From: Bacteriovoracia bacterium
GTDB lineage: Bacteria > Bdellovibrionota > UBA1018 > JBFWNL01
Length of the DNA: 64,000 bases
Direction of reading: 5' to 3'
Assembly (NCBI GenBank): GCA_050251055.1
Contig: JBFWNL010000004.1
Coordinates: forward strand, 192,001 to 256,000
Made by a program: the position numbers and the translations under genes. The notes under the pieces were generated by a model that worked only from the letters and a program-made list of their open reading frames with translations, was not told the origin of the DNA and did not search any database. Of this stretch, positions 28,515 to 37,350 are shown piece by piece (within the stretch, counting starts at the first letter, position 1; each line of letters begins with the position of its first letter).

Positions 28515-29234
28515 TCAACGTTTTGCAAAGACGAAGGAGGTCGCCGCTCGAACTGTGATGACTCCGATCAGAATTCCGAAAATACTTCCTAAAATCCAAA
28601 AAGGAACAAAAGCTCTTAAATTCATATCGAGAATTTGTAACGTCATAATTGGAATATGACTAAGAAGAGCAAGAGCTCCAGCTCTCAAAAGATCCCGCGA
28701 TGCACTTTTCGAGATGATTTTCGTTATAAATGAAAACGTGAGGGTCGCCCCGAGCCCCGCAAACAAAAATCCGCATCCAAACATACAAACCCGCATCCCT
28801 CCCCACTGCATAAAGAGATCCGTCAGAGGGGCGAAGGCATTCCAGGCAAGTGCGTCCGAATGAAGAAAGACAAATGACGGACAAACGAGAATCTCAAGAC
28901 AGGTCAGAAATGTCATGGCGATTAAAACTTTCGCAAAAACCCATTTGCTCCAAAAACCTGCAACAGCGAGGCGCGGTTGAGGATAAAAATAAAGAAAAAA
29001 CCCCAGAATAAAGCAGAGCCACCAGAGGATGCTCGCTATAACCAGATCCCGATTCAGTTCATTTCTGGTCATTATCAAAAGAGGAATCAAAAATACGATA
29101 GTAAGAGTCGTGCTGAGTAAAAGAATTTTTAGCCACCTTCGTGAGGCAGGAATCTTTTCTTCCCGAAGCGCTCCTTGAATGGCATGAAGGACTCGTTCAC
29201 TCACTTCTTTGGGAACAGCTTCATTTCCTGTCAT
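28515..29234 (-). CDS. multi-TM putative anti-sigma factor
   Basis: Coupled to the ECF gene by an ATGA overlap; about 6 TM helices with Cys/Met motifs (CP, CMFGCG). Confidence 0.7.
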   Translation of the reverse strand: MTGNEAVPKEVSERVLHAIQGALREEKIPASRRWLKILLLSTTLTIVFLIPLLIMTRNELNRDLVIASILWWLCFILGFFLYFYPQPRLAVAGFWSKWVFAKVLIAMTFLTCLEILVCPSFVFLHSDALAWNAFAPLTDLFMQWGGMRVCMFGCGFLFAGLGATLTFSFITKIISKSASRDLLRAGALALLSHIPIMTLQILDMNLRAFVPFWILGSIFGILIGVITVRAATSFVFAKR

Positions 29235-29800
29235 GAATTTTCTCCACCAAAATGAGTACGTAATTTTGATTTCGCGCGATGGATGAGTTGGCGCACACTT
29301 TCCTCCGAAACTTTCAAAATTTCTGAGATTTCCTTTCCGGTCATTCCTTCCCACTCACTCAGCACTAAGGCCTCTCTTTGATTGAGAGGGAGTAATTCAA
29401 GCGCCTTCTCAACGCGCTTTAAATCAAGATGAAGATGGACTTTCGATTCGTCTCCCTGCTGATGACCGAAGATTTGCGAATCATCGAATGGGTGGCTCTC
29501 GTTATCTTGATAAGCCAAGTCGAGTTGGTCTCTCAAAGCATTAAGAGCAATCGTATAGAACCAAACCGAGAACTTTTTTGTGGGATCGAATCGAGCACGG
29601 GAGGAGTGAATTTTTAGCCACGTCTTTTGAAAAAGATCCGTTTTTAAATCCTTTTTGGATGGCGGGAGCCTTCTTTGAAAAAAAGCATACAGGCACGATT
29701 CATATCTTTTATAAAGACAAAGAAAAGCCTCAGCATTCCCCTGGCTATAAGCCCTCATGAGTGCCTCGTCTGGCGCATGCTGCAAGTCGTCGATTTCCAT
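29231..29800 (-). CDS. ECF sigma factor
   Basis: DEALM...GNAEAF, DLFQKTW, WFYTIALN, LPLNQREAL, region 4 HTH. Confidence 0.9.
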   Translation of the reverse strand: MEIDDLQHAPDEALMRAYSQGNAEAFLCLYKRYESCLYAFFQRRLPPSKKDLKTDLFQKTWLKIHSSRARFDPTKKFSVWFYTIALNALRDQLDLAYQDNESHPFDDSQIFGHQQGDESKVHLHLDLKRVEKALELLPLNQREALVLSEWEGMTGKEISEILKVSEESVRQLIHRAKSKLRTHFGGENS

Positions 29801-29823
29801 AATGAATTCTTCACATCTATTAT

Positions 29824-29883
29824 ATACGACGCCTTAAGAAAAACGTGACGAGATCCTGTCACAAAATAAAAATAGCCCCGTAT
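29824..29883. promoter_or_regulatory. back-to-back ECF promoters GTCAC-N16-CGTAT
   Basis: Minus-strand copy 29824-29849 faces the sigma gene; plus-strand copy 29858-29883 faces cusC; identical elements and spacing. Confidence 0.7.
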
Positions 29884-29903
29884 TACATCCATAGGGAACA
29901 AAA

Positions 29904-31214
29904 TTGATCATGAATAAACTTGGCATTTTAGTCGGTCTAATGGTCTCGGGTTTGTACTCGCTCCCGTCTTTGGCGGATTCCCATAATGAGTCGCGCCCTA
30001 TGAATTCTAAAGACGAATCCATTTCGTTAGAGCAAGTTTTGCAGCTTGCCACTCACCAAAATCCTCAAAGGAAAGAAGCCGATGCCGGTGTGAAAGCGGC
30101 GGCCGAAGCCATCACTGCCCGCGAACCTCTTTTACCTCCTCCCACTTTTACTGTGGGGTCGATGGGAAGCAGTGGCCCGTTCTCGTCTTCGGGGCATATG
30201 GAAACTTCCTTTGCCATCAGTCAGACGATTCCATTTCCGACAAAAACTTTTTCGAATCGAAGTGCGTTAAGAAGTTCCTTGAAAGCGACTCAAGCCTCGG
30301 AGCAAGCGTTCACCCTTGAATTAAAAAACAGAGTCAAAAAAGCCTATTACGCTTATTTGGAAGCAAGCCAGAAACTAAGTCTCCTTCAAGAACTTCGTGG
30401 TGTTTATCGTCACCATTTGAAACGCCTTCGCTCGGGTCCGGTACAGGATCAACTTATGAAAGCTCACCTCATGAGTGCTCAAACAGAAATTGATTTGATT
30501 CAAAACGAAATGATTGAAGCCACTGAACGTTTAGAGATTCATCGAGGCGAGCTTAATGTGCTCATCGGAAAGGATGCCTATGCGCCATTGGGTAACCCCG
30601 AAAGTCGACCTCTTTCGCCTCTTCCAGAAAAACTGGATCAAAAAAAATTCCAAGAACTCTCAGCTCGGCATCCTGAACTCCTAGCAGTGGATGCAGGACT
30701 TCAAGCGGTTACAGCCGAAAGAGCGGCGGCTCGCTCAGCTTGGTTACCCGATTTCATGCTGAGTTACCGCGTGAATCGACGCTACGATACTGTCCCGAAT
30801 AATTCAGAAGTAATGGTTGGTGTTTCACTGCCGTTTGTGACGTTTTGGCAGCCTCGCTCTCAGAACGCTGAAATGAATGCGCGCCTTGATATGGCCCACG
30901 CTCAGCAACTCCAAAAGCAGAACGAATTTTCACTCCGTTCTCTTAGAACTCAAGCCATGCTTTCCAGCCTTCATCAGCAACTCATCAACCTAGAAAACCG
31001 TCTCGTTCCTCAAGCCAAACGTCGAGTCGATTTAGTAACAAGTTCTTCCCCGACCGACATGAATTATCTCGATGAGCATCGAGCCGCACTCGAACAATAT
31101 GTGAAACTTAAACTCCAAGCCGTTGAAAAGAAAACGCAATACGAAATGGCCATTTCTGAGCTTGAGAGTCTTACAAATTTAAGTGCGTCAGACGTAAGCG
31201 GAGCCAAGGAGTAA
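29904..31214 (+). CDS. TolC/CusC-family outer-membrane efflux protein
   Basis: Signal peptide, SQTIPFP, VKKAYY, WLPD, GVSLP; first gene of the RND operon. Confidence 0.85.
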   Translation: MIMNKLGILVGLMVSGLYSLPSLADSHNESRPMNSKDESISLEQVLQLATHQNPQRKEADAGVKAAAEAITAREPLLPPPTFTVGSMGSSGPFSSSGHMETSFAISQTIPFPTKTFSNRSALRSSLKATQASEQAFTLELKNRVKKAYYAYLEASQKLSLLQELRGVYRHHLKRLRSGPVQDQLMKAHLMSAQTEIDLIQNEMIEATERLEIHRGELNVLIGKDAYAPLGNPESRPLSPLPEKLDQKKFQELSARHPELLAVDAGLQAVTAERAAARSAWLPDFMLSYRVNRRYDTVPNNSEVMVGVSLPFVTFWQPRSQNAEMNARLDMAHAQQLQKQNEFSLRSLRTQAMLSSLHQQLINLENRLVPQAKRRVDLVTSSSPTDMNYLDEHRAALEQYVKLKLQAVEKKTQYEMAISELESLTNLSASDVSGAKE

Positions 31215-31218
31215 TGGT

Positions 31219-32211
31219 ATGAAACTTTTTACAAAGGTCATGATCCCGATGAGCGTCTTGTCGCTTGGTATTTTAAGCAGCTGCCAAAATTCTCAAAATA
31301 CAGATTCGAAGGCCGAACATCAGCATGCGCCTCAGACTTCAGCCATGGCAGAGCATTACACCTGCCCCATGCATCCCCATGTAAAAATGGATAAGCCAGG
31401 CTCGTGCCCGATCTGCCATATGCCTCTTGTGAAAGTGACTGGCTCGAATTCTGAGAACTCTGTATCTAAAGAAAATTCAAAACCTCGAATTAAATTCTAC
31501 CGGCATCCTATGAATCCAAGCATCACCTCCCCCGTACCCGCAAAAGACGATATGGGCATGGATTATATTCCGGTGTTCGAAAGCAGTGACGATAGCACCA
31601 GGCAAGATGGATCGATTGAAGGTCGATCTTCGGTGACATTAAATTCCAATCAATGGAAGGCCACAGGAACTCAGCTCATTGCTGTTCAAGCGAAAGATAT
31701 CGACTACGAGATCGAAGCTCCCGGACGGGCTCTTTCTTCCAGCCAAATTTCGATTCAAATCTTTGAACAAGATTTATCGTTGATAAAAAGAGGACTCAAA
31801 GTGAAGGCTAGAAGTCCGCTTTTGCCGGACCAAGAACTGGAAGGTCAGGTGACATCGATAGATTCGTTTCTTGATCCGATGACTCGAACCGCACGCGTCA
31901 ATGCAGTGTTGAAAAATTCTTCTCCTCTTCAATCCGAAAGTTCGCTTATTGCTCGGATCATCATCTCCCTTCCCAACCGACTCGTCATTCCAGAATCGGC
32001 CGTTCTTCATACTGGAAAACAAGATCTCGTCTTTGTTCAGGTAAGCGAAAACACGCTGAAGCCACGAGCGATCATTCTTGGCGTGAAATCAAAGGGCGAA
32101 TACGAAGTTTTAGCAGGCTTAAGTAAAGAAGAAAAAATCGCCACTGGGCCTAATTTTCTTCTCGATTCCGAAGCGCAAATTCGGGGTCTCGCCGAAGGCG
32201 AGCGAAAGTGA
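31219..32211 (+). CDS. cusB: CusB-like periplasmic adaptor with heavy-metal-binding domains
   Basis: Lipobox, YTCPMHP..CPICHM, FYRHPMNP..DDMGMD, IPESAV, FLLDSE. Confidence 0.88.
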   Translation: MKLFTKVMIPMSVLSLGILSSCQNSQNTDSKAEHQHAPQTSAMAEHYTCPMHPHVKMDKPGSCPICHMPLVKVTGSNSENSVSKENSKPRIKFYRHPMNPSITSPVPAKDDMGMDYIPVFESSDDSTRQDGSIEGRSSVTLNSNQWKATGTQLIAVQAKDIDYEIEAPGRALSSSQISIQIFEQDLSLIKRGLKVKARSPLLPDQELEGQVTSIDSFLDPMTRTARVNAVLKNSSPLQSESSLIARIIISLPNRLVIPESAVLHTGKQDLVFVQVSENTLKPRAIILGVKSKGEYEVLAGLSKEEKIATGPNFLLDSEAQIRGLAEGERK

Positions 32212-32217
32212 TCAGCC

Positions 32218-35200
32218 ATGATTCAAAAAATCATTAGGTTCTCTGCAGAAAATCGGCTCCTCGTAATTATTTTTACCGCGATTGCCTGCATCGGTGGCGT
32301 GCTTGCATTAAAGCATATTCCTATTGATGCGATTCCGGATCTTTCAGATACACAGGTCATTATCTATTCGAAATGGGACCGCTCACCGGATCTCGTTGAG
32401 AATCAGCTTACGTATCCCATTGTTTCAGGGCTTTTAGGAGCTCCCAAGATCAAAGCTATTCGCGGATTTTCTGATTTTGGATTCTCCTACGTCTATGTGA
32501 TTTTTGAGGATGGAACAGATCTCTATTGGGCCCGATCCCGAGTTTTAGAGTACCTCAATCAAATTATTCCGAAACTTCCAGAAGGAGCGGTCACCGAACT
32601 CGGGCCCGACGCCACGAGTGTCGGTTGGGTTTATCAATATGCCCTGATCGACAAATCCAGAAAAAGAGATGCTTCCGATTTAAGAACTCTGCAGGACTGG
32701 TCGCTTAAATTTCAACTCCAATCCGTGCCAGGTGTAGCCGAAGTGGCATCGGTCGGAGGGTTTCAAAAACAATACCAAGTTCAGGTGAATCCAACCAAAC
32801 TGCGCACCTTCCATGTGACCTTTGATCAAGTGATGAAAGCGGTCCGCGACTCCAATCAGGAAAGCGGAGGTCGCGTGATCGAATTTTCCGGCACGGAAGC
32901 AATGGTCCGAAGTCGGGGACTCATTTCCACGGTGGAAGATATTGAAAACACCGTTGTCGCTTACAATCCTCAAACGCGCGCTTCTGTTCTCGTCAAACAG
33001 GTCGCGCATGTTGCTCTTGGTCCTGAGATGCGACGAGGTGTAACCGATCTTAACGGCGAGGGTGACGCGGTGGGTGGTATCATTGTCATGCGCCACGGCG
33101 AAGACACGGTTTCGGTGATCGACCGCGTGAAACAAAAAATAGAAGAATTGAAACCGGGGTTACCCCACGGGGTGGAGGTCGTAACGGTGTATGATCGCTC
33201 GGATCTCATTCATCGTGCGATTAATACTCTCAAACATAGCCTCATTGAAGAACTGATTATTGTGAGCTTAGTCATTCTCTTTTTCCTCTGGCATTTTCCT
33301 TCGGCTTCCATTCCCATCATCACGATTCCGGTTTCCATTTTGCTCGCCTTCATTCCACTTTATTTCATGGGTATGACGGCCAACATCATGTCGTTAGCGG
33401 GTATTGCGATTTCGATTGGAGTGCTTGTCGATGGAGCAATTGTAGAAGTCGAAAATGCCTACAAGAAAATTCAGCACTGGGATCAAACGGGGAGAAAAGA
33501 AAGTTTTCATAAAGTCCGACTCGAAGCTTTATTGGAAGTCGGTCCTTCGGTTTTCTTTTCCCTGCTCGTCATCGCGGTGGCATTCCTCCCAATTTTTACC
33601 CTCGTCGATCAAGAGGGAAGGCTTTTTCGACCTCTCGCGTGGTCAAAGAATCTTACGATGGCCGTAGCCGCAATTCTTGCTATTACCTTAGATCCCGCAC
33701 TTCGTATGCTCTTTGCGCGCTTCGAACCTTTTCAGACGCGCTTTCGCTGGCTGAACCCTTTCCTGAACACCACACTCATTGGAAAATATTATGCCGAAGA
33801 AAAGCATCCGATCAGTCGAAGGCTGCATCGCCTCTATGAACCCGTTGTGCATTGGGTGCTTGCACGTCGAGGTTTGACTTTGGGTCTCGCAGCTCTGCTG
33901 ACGTTAACGACCGTTCCAGTCTATTTTCAATTGGGCCGAGAATTCATGCCGACCCTGCATGAAGGAAGTCTTCTTTATATGCCAACGGCTTTGCCTGGAA
34001 TGTCGATTCCAGAAGCAGCGCGTGTACTTCAAAAGCAAGATGAAATTTTAAAATCATTTCCTGAAGTGGAAACCGTTTTTGGGAAAGCCGGACGCGCCGA
34101 CACTTCGACCGATACAGCACCGGTCTCGATGGTCGAAACCACCATCATTCTTAAGCCAAAATCGGAATGGCGAAAAGTTGATCGCTGGTACTCCCGTCTT
34201 CCAGATATTCTTGAATTTCCATTCCGCCCCTTTTGGCCGGATCGCCTTGATGAGGAAATGCTCATTTCTGAAATGAATGAAAAACTTCAGTTTCCTGGGA
34301 TGCCCAATATCTGGACGATGCCTATTAAAAATCGCATCGATATGCTCTCTACCGGCATTCGAAGTGCTTTAGGTATTAAAATTTTTGGTCCTGATCTGAA
34401 GATAATTGAAACGATCGGGAAGAATATCGAAGAGGCGTTGAAAAATTCGTCTGGCGCACGGTCCGTGGTGGCTGAACGAGCTGCCAGTGGCTTTTTCTTG
34501 GATGTCGATTTCAACAGAACGGCTCTGTCAGCTTATGGTTTAAATCTTAAAGACGCGCAAGACCAGGCGATGGCTGCTATTGGAGGAGAGAATGTCTCGG
34601 TTTCACTTTCAGGACGCGAACGTTATCCGATCCAGGTACGCCTGGCGCGGGATTATCGAAATGACATTGAAACGATTAAAGCACTTTTCATTTCAACACC
34701 TTCCGGTGGAAGCATTCCCCTTTCAACGATTGCTGACATTCAAGTGAGACAAGGTCCGAGCATGGTACGAAATGAAAATGCCATGCCGGTTGGCTACGTT
34801 TTTGTTGATGTGGATCCCGCCAAAACGGACATCGGTAGTTTCGTCAAACGCGCCAAAGAAATTGTTCAAACGAAGGTTGAGCTGCCAGACGGCTACTTTC
34901 TTTCTTGGAGTGGACAATATGAAAATATGACACGGGTCAAAGACAGGTTGATGATCATTGTCCCACTCACTCTTTTGGTGATTGCTTTTCTCCTTTTTTT
35001 AAACACGCAGTCCTGGATCAAAGTGGGAATTGTGCTCCTGGCTGTTCCCTTTTCTTTGATTGGAGCGGTTTGGCTGCTCTGGCTTCTTGACTACAATCTT
35101 TCTATCGCGACGTGGGTCGGCATGATCGCGCTTATGGGTCTTGATGCCGAAACGGGTGTGTTTATGCTCCTCTACTTAGACCTGGCGTTTAATCGCCGAA

Positions 35201-35484
35201 AACAAGAAGGAAAGATGGCCACAAAACAGGATTTAACCGACTCCATTATTGAGGGAGCGGTCCATCGTCTTCGACCCAAGTTGATGACAGTGGCGGCAGC
35301 ATTTCTCGGTCTCTTTCCCATCATGTGGTCCACGGGAGCGGGCGCGGATGTGATGAAGCGAATTGCCGCCCCGATGATTGGGGGTCTGTCCACATCATTT
35401 CTACTCGAACTTCTGATCTATCCCGTCATTTTTTATATCTGGAAAATAAAACAAGAGCCAAAACTAAAAGTCGTTCGCCAATAA
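32218..35484 (+). CDS. cusA: CusA/SilA heavy-metal efflux RND transporter
   Basis: DAIPDLSDTQVII, LGPDATSVGWVYQY, MPIKNRIDMLSTG, RLRPKLMT, MKRIAAPMIGG. Confidence 0.95.
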   Translation: MIQKIIRFSAENRLLVIIFTAIACIGGVLALKHIPIDAIPDLSDTQVIIYSKWDRSPDLVENQLTYPIVSGLLGAPKIKAIRGFSDFGFSYVYVIFEDGTDLYWARSRVLEYLNQIIPKLPEGAVTELGPDATSVGWVYQYALIDKSRKRDASDLRTLQDWSLKFQLQSVPGVAEVASVGGFQKQYQVQVNPTKLRTFHVTFDQVMKAVRDSNQESGGRVIEFSGTEAMVRSRGLISTVEDIENTVVAYNPQTRASVLVKQVAHVALGPEMRRGVTDLNGEGDAVGGIIVMRHGEDTVSVIDRVKQKIEELKPGLPHGVEVVTVYDRSDLIHRAINTLKHSLIEELIIVSLVILFFLWHFPSASIPIITIPVSILLAFIPLYFMGMTANIMSLAGIAISIGVLVDGAIVEVENAYKKIQHWDQTGRKESFHKVRLEALLEVGPSVFFSLLVIAVAFLPIFTLVDQEGRLFRPLAWSKNLTMAVAAILAITLDPALRMLFARFEPFQTRFRWLNPFLNTTLIGKYYAEEKHPISRRLHRLYEPVVHWVLARRGLTLGLAALLTLTTVPVYFQLGREFMPTLHEGSLLYMPTALPGMSIPEAARVLQKQDEILKSFPEVETVFGKAGRADTSTDTAPVSMVETTIILKPKSEWRKVDRWYSRLPDILEFPFRPFWPDRLDEEMLISEMNEKLQFPGMPNIWTMPIKNRIDMLSTGIRSALGIKIFGPDLKIIETIGKNIEEALKNSSGARSVVAERAASGFFLDVDFNRTALSAYGLNLKDAQDQAMAAIGGENVSVSLSGRERYPIQVRLARDYRNDIETIKALFISTPSGGSIPLSTIADIQVRQGPSMVRNENAMPVGYVFVDVDPAKTDIGSFVKRAKEIVQTKVELPDGYFLSWSGQYENMTRVKDRLMIIVPLTLLVIAFLLFLNTQSWIKVGIVLLAVPFSLIGAVWLLWLLDYNLSIATWVGMIALMGLDAETGVFMLLYLDLAFNRRKQEGKMATKQDLTDSIIEGAVHRLRPKLMTVAAAFLGLFPIMWSTGAGADVMKRIAAPMIGGLSTSFLLELLIYPVIFYIWKIKQEPKLKVVRQ

Positions 35485-35724
35485 GAAAAAAAAGTATGAA
35501 AATATTAATTCAAAATCTGATTGTTCTCTCCACACTCGCCCTTGGTCGCTTAGAGAAAGGCGAAACCCGATTGGATTGCGGCATGAATATGATGCAGGGC
35601 GGCCAGATCTTAATGCAATGACGCTAACTGAATTCTCATGGACGTAGCACATCATTTGGAAAAAATGGTCGCCGAGTTCTTCACAACGTATCATGTAGTC
35701 TGAAAAGTATGAAGGGGGAGGACC

Positions 35725-36492
35725 ATGGAAGGGAAACCGCTAACGGAGAACTGCAAACGTGTTTACGATTCGAAAGAGCATGTCTGTTTTGGCATCAGTC
35801 CCTTTAATAGCTATTTTTCCGAACGGCGTCTTCGCGACCTGGCGCATTGGGGACGCTCCCATTTCCAGTCGATGCATTTTTTTGTGCCAGATGTACCCGC
35901 CGCTTACACGCTTGAAGCTTTAGGCTACACGCCTGAGCGTGCCGCCTGGAAAGCTCGCCGCCAGGCAAATTGGCTAAGAAACAAAATTATCCGTTCCCTC
36001 ATCAGCCTCAGTTTCACTCACCACGAATCAGAAAAAATGGTCTTGGATTGGGAAAAACTAGTCAGCATTTCCCGGTTTCAAGAAATTTATAGGGAGATTC
36101 AAGGTCTTTTTCGTAAAGATTCCGCCTTTCGAGGTGCGTGTATCGAAGCTTCGCATTGGATTTTAGAAAAGCGAGTTGCGGATACTTTAGCTCTTACTGA
36201 TGAAGCTCTTTTACGAGCTGTTGAGTATTTTCTTGCCGAGATCCCCCTCTTCCTTGATGCAGCAAGCATTTTAAATCAAAAAGCATCGGTCTTCGCTTAC
36301 CACCAGAGTATTCCATTTCTCGAAAATCTTTATCGAAACCAGTTCTTCTGCCAGGTCCCATCCGAGCGACAGGGCTATGTCATTCTTGCGGCAAAAAAAG
36401 AAAATGAAATAAGGGACGCAAATTCACTTCACTTGCAGCCGCCTATCTCTGAATCAGGGAATTATGAAGTGTCTCTTCCATCTGAAGATTAG
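35725..36492 (+). CDS. tRNA-dependent cyclodipeptide synthase (NYH subfamily)
   Basis: HVCFGISPFNSYF (HxxxGISxxNxxF), YFLAEIP (YxxxExP), AYH; GGAGG RBS. Confidence 0.9.
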   Translation: MEGKPLTENCKRVYDSKEHVCFGISPFNSYFSERRLRDLAHWGRSHFQSMHFFVPDVPAAYTLEALGYTPERAAWKARRQANWLRNKIIRSLISLSFTHHESEKMVLDWEKLVSISRFQEIYREIQGLFRKDSAFRGACIEASHWILEKRVADTLALTDEALLRAVEYFLAEIPLFLDAASILNQKASVFAYHQSIPFLENLYRNQFFCQVPSERQGYVILAAKKENEIRDANSLHLQPPISESGNYEVSLPSED

Positions 36493-36499
36493 ATCTTCG

Positions 36500-36721
36500 T
36501 TATGTTTTTTGGTTTCGATGAGTCCCGACACTTCGGCGAATCAAAAAAACTGTTAATGAGATGAGAGTCGCTATCAAAACAAGACCGATTAAAACCATGA
36601 CCCACATCATGATTCCACCCTAGAGGCCCTGACACATTGGGCACATTCCAATCATTCCATCCCTACCGATCTCTTGCGCAATATTTAGTAATGGAAAAAG
36701 AACGAGATAGCATGGAAACAC
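36500..36721 (-). pseudogene. small Met/Cys-rich membrane protein interrupted by an in-frame TAG
   Basis: Manual translation ...GMIGMCPMCQGL*GGIMMWVMVLIGLVLIATLISLTVFLIRRS...; stop at 36620-36622. Confidence 0.4.
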
Positions 36722-36727
36722 GTTCTA

Positions 36728-37081
36728 TCAAGCGGCGCGCCGCGTTTCCATCCGGCGGCAAGACTCTGCACATTTGCGACAGATATCGGCACAGCGCTGC
36801 ATTTCTTTGTCATCGGTGAATTTTGCGCAATCTTCAGCGCATGCATCACATAAACGCGTGCAAGTCCGGCAGGCATCCGCATAGAAATTTGAGTTGCGAA
36901 GCATAAAGTTCGCACTTGTTTGGCAAATCTCGGCACAATCCAATAAAAGACTAATGTGTTTCGTTTCAGCGTGACGTCCACCCTTATCGAGACAGTGCGG
37001 CAAAATTTCGTTACAAACCGCGTGGCAGCCAAGACAATTATCGATACATTCTTGAAAATCTTTTTGTGACATATGAGGCAT
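36728..37081 (-). CDS. four-helix-bundle copper storage protein (Csp3/DUF326)
   Basis: Repeated CxxxCxxC pattern (CIDNCLGCHAVC, DCAEIC, CRTC..LC.AC...C, RCADICRKCAESC); no signal peptide. Confidence 0.9.
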   Translation of the reverse strand: MPHMSQKDFQECIDNCLGCHAVCNEILPHCLDKGGRHAETKHISLLLDCAEICQTSANFMLRNSNFYADACRTCTRLCDACAEDCAKFTDDKEMQRCADICRKCAESCRRMETRRAA

Positions 37082-37159
37082 GGTTGATTCTCCTTTGATG
37101 GTTTCAAATAAATTTCAATTTTTTAGTGGGCCACGTATGGACCAGATCTCGCTGAGTGC

Positions 37160-37175
37160 TGCAATTTCAATACCA
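37160..37175 (-). promoter_or_regulatory. sigma-54 (-24/-12) promoter for csp3
   Basis: TGGTATTGAAATTGCA (GG-N10-GC) about 80 bp upstream of the start codon. Confidence 0.55.
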
Positions 37176-37350
37176 ATGTACTTCGTTGCCAACCAAATTT
37201 AATATTTTAAACTGACAATAAGAGCTAGATACCGACTTTGGTTAGTAAAGTTAGAGAAAATTAACCCAAAGCTTTTCTGAACGAAAACCTCAAATCAAAC
37301 AGCTCGGTGATGAGGACCCCACTCAAAAGTCCTTCTCCGATCCCATATTT

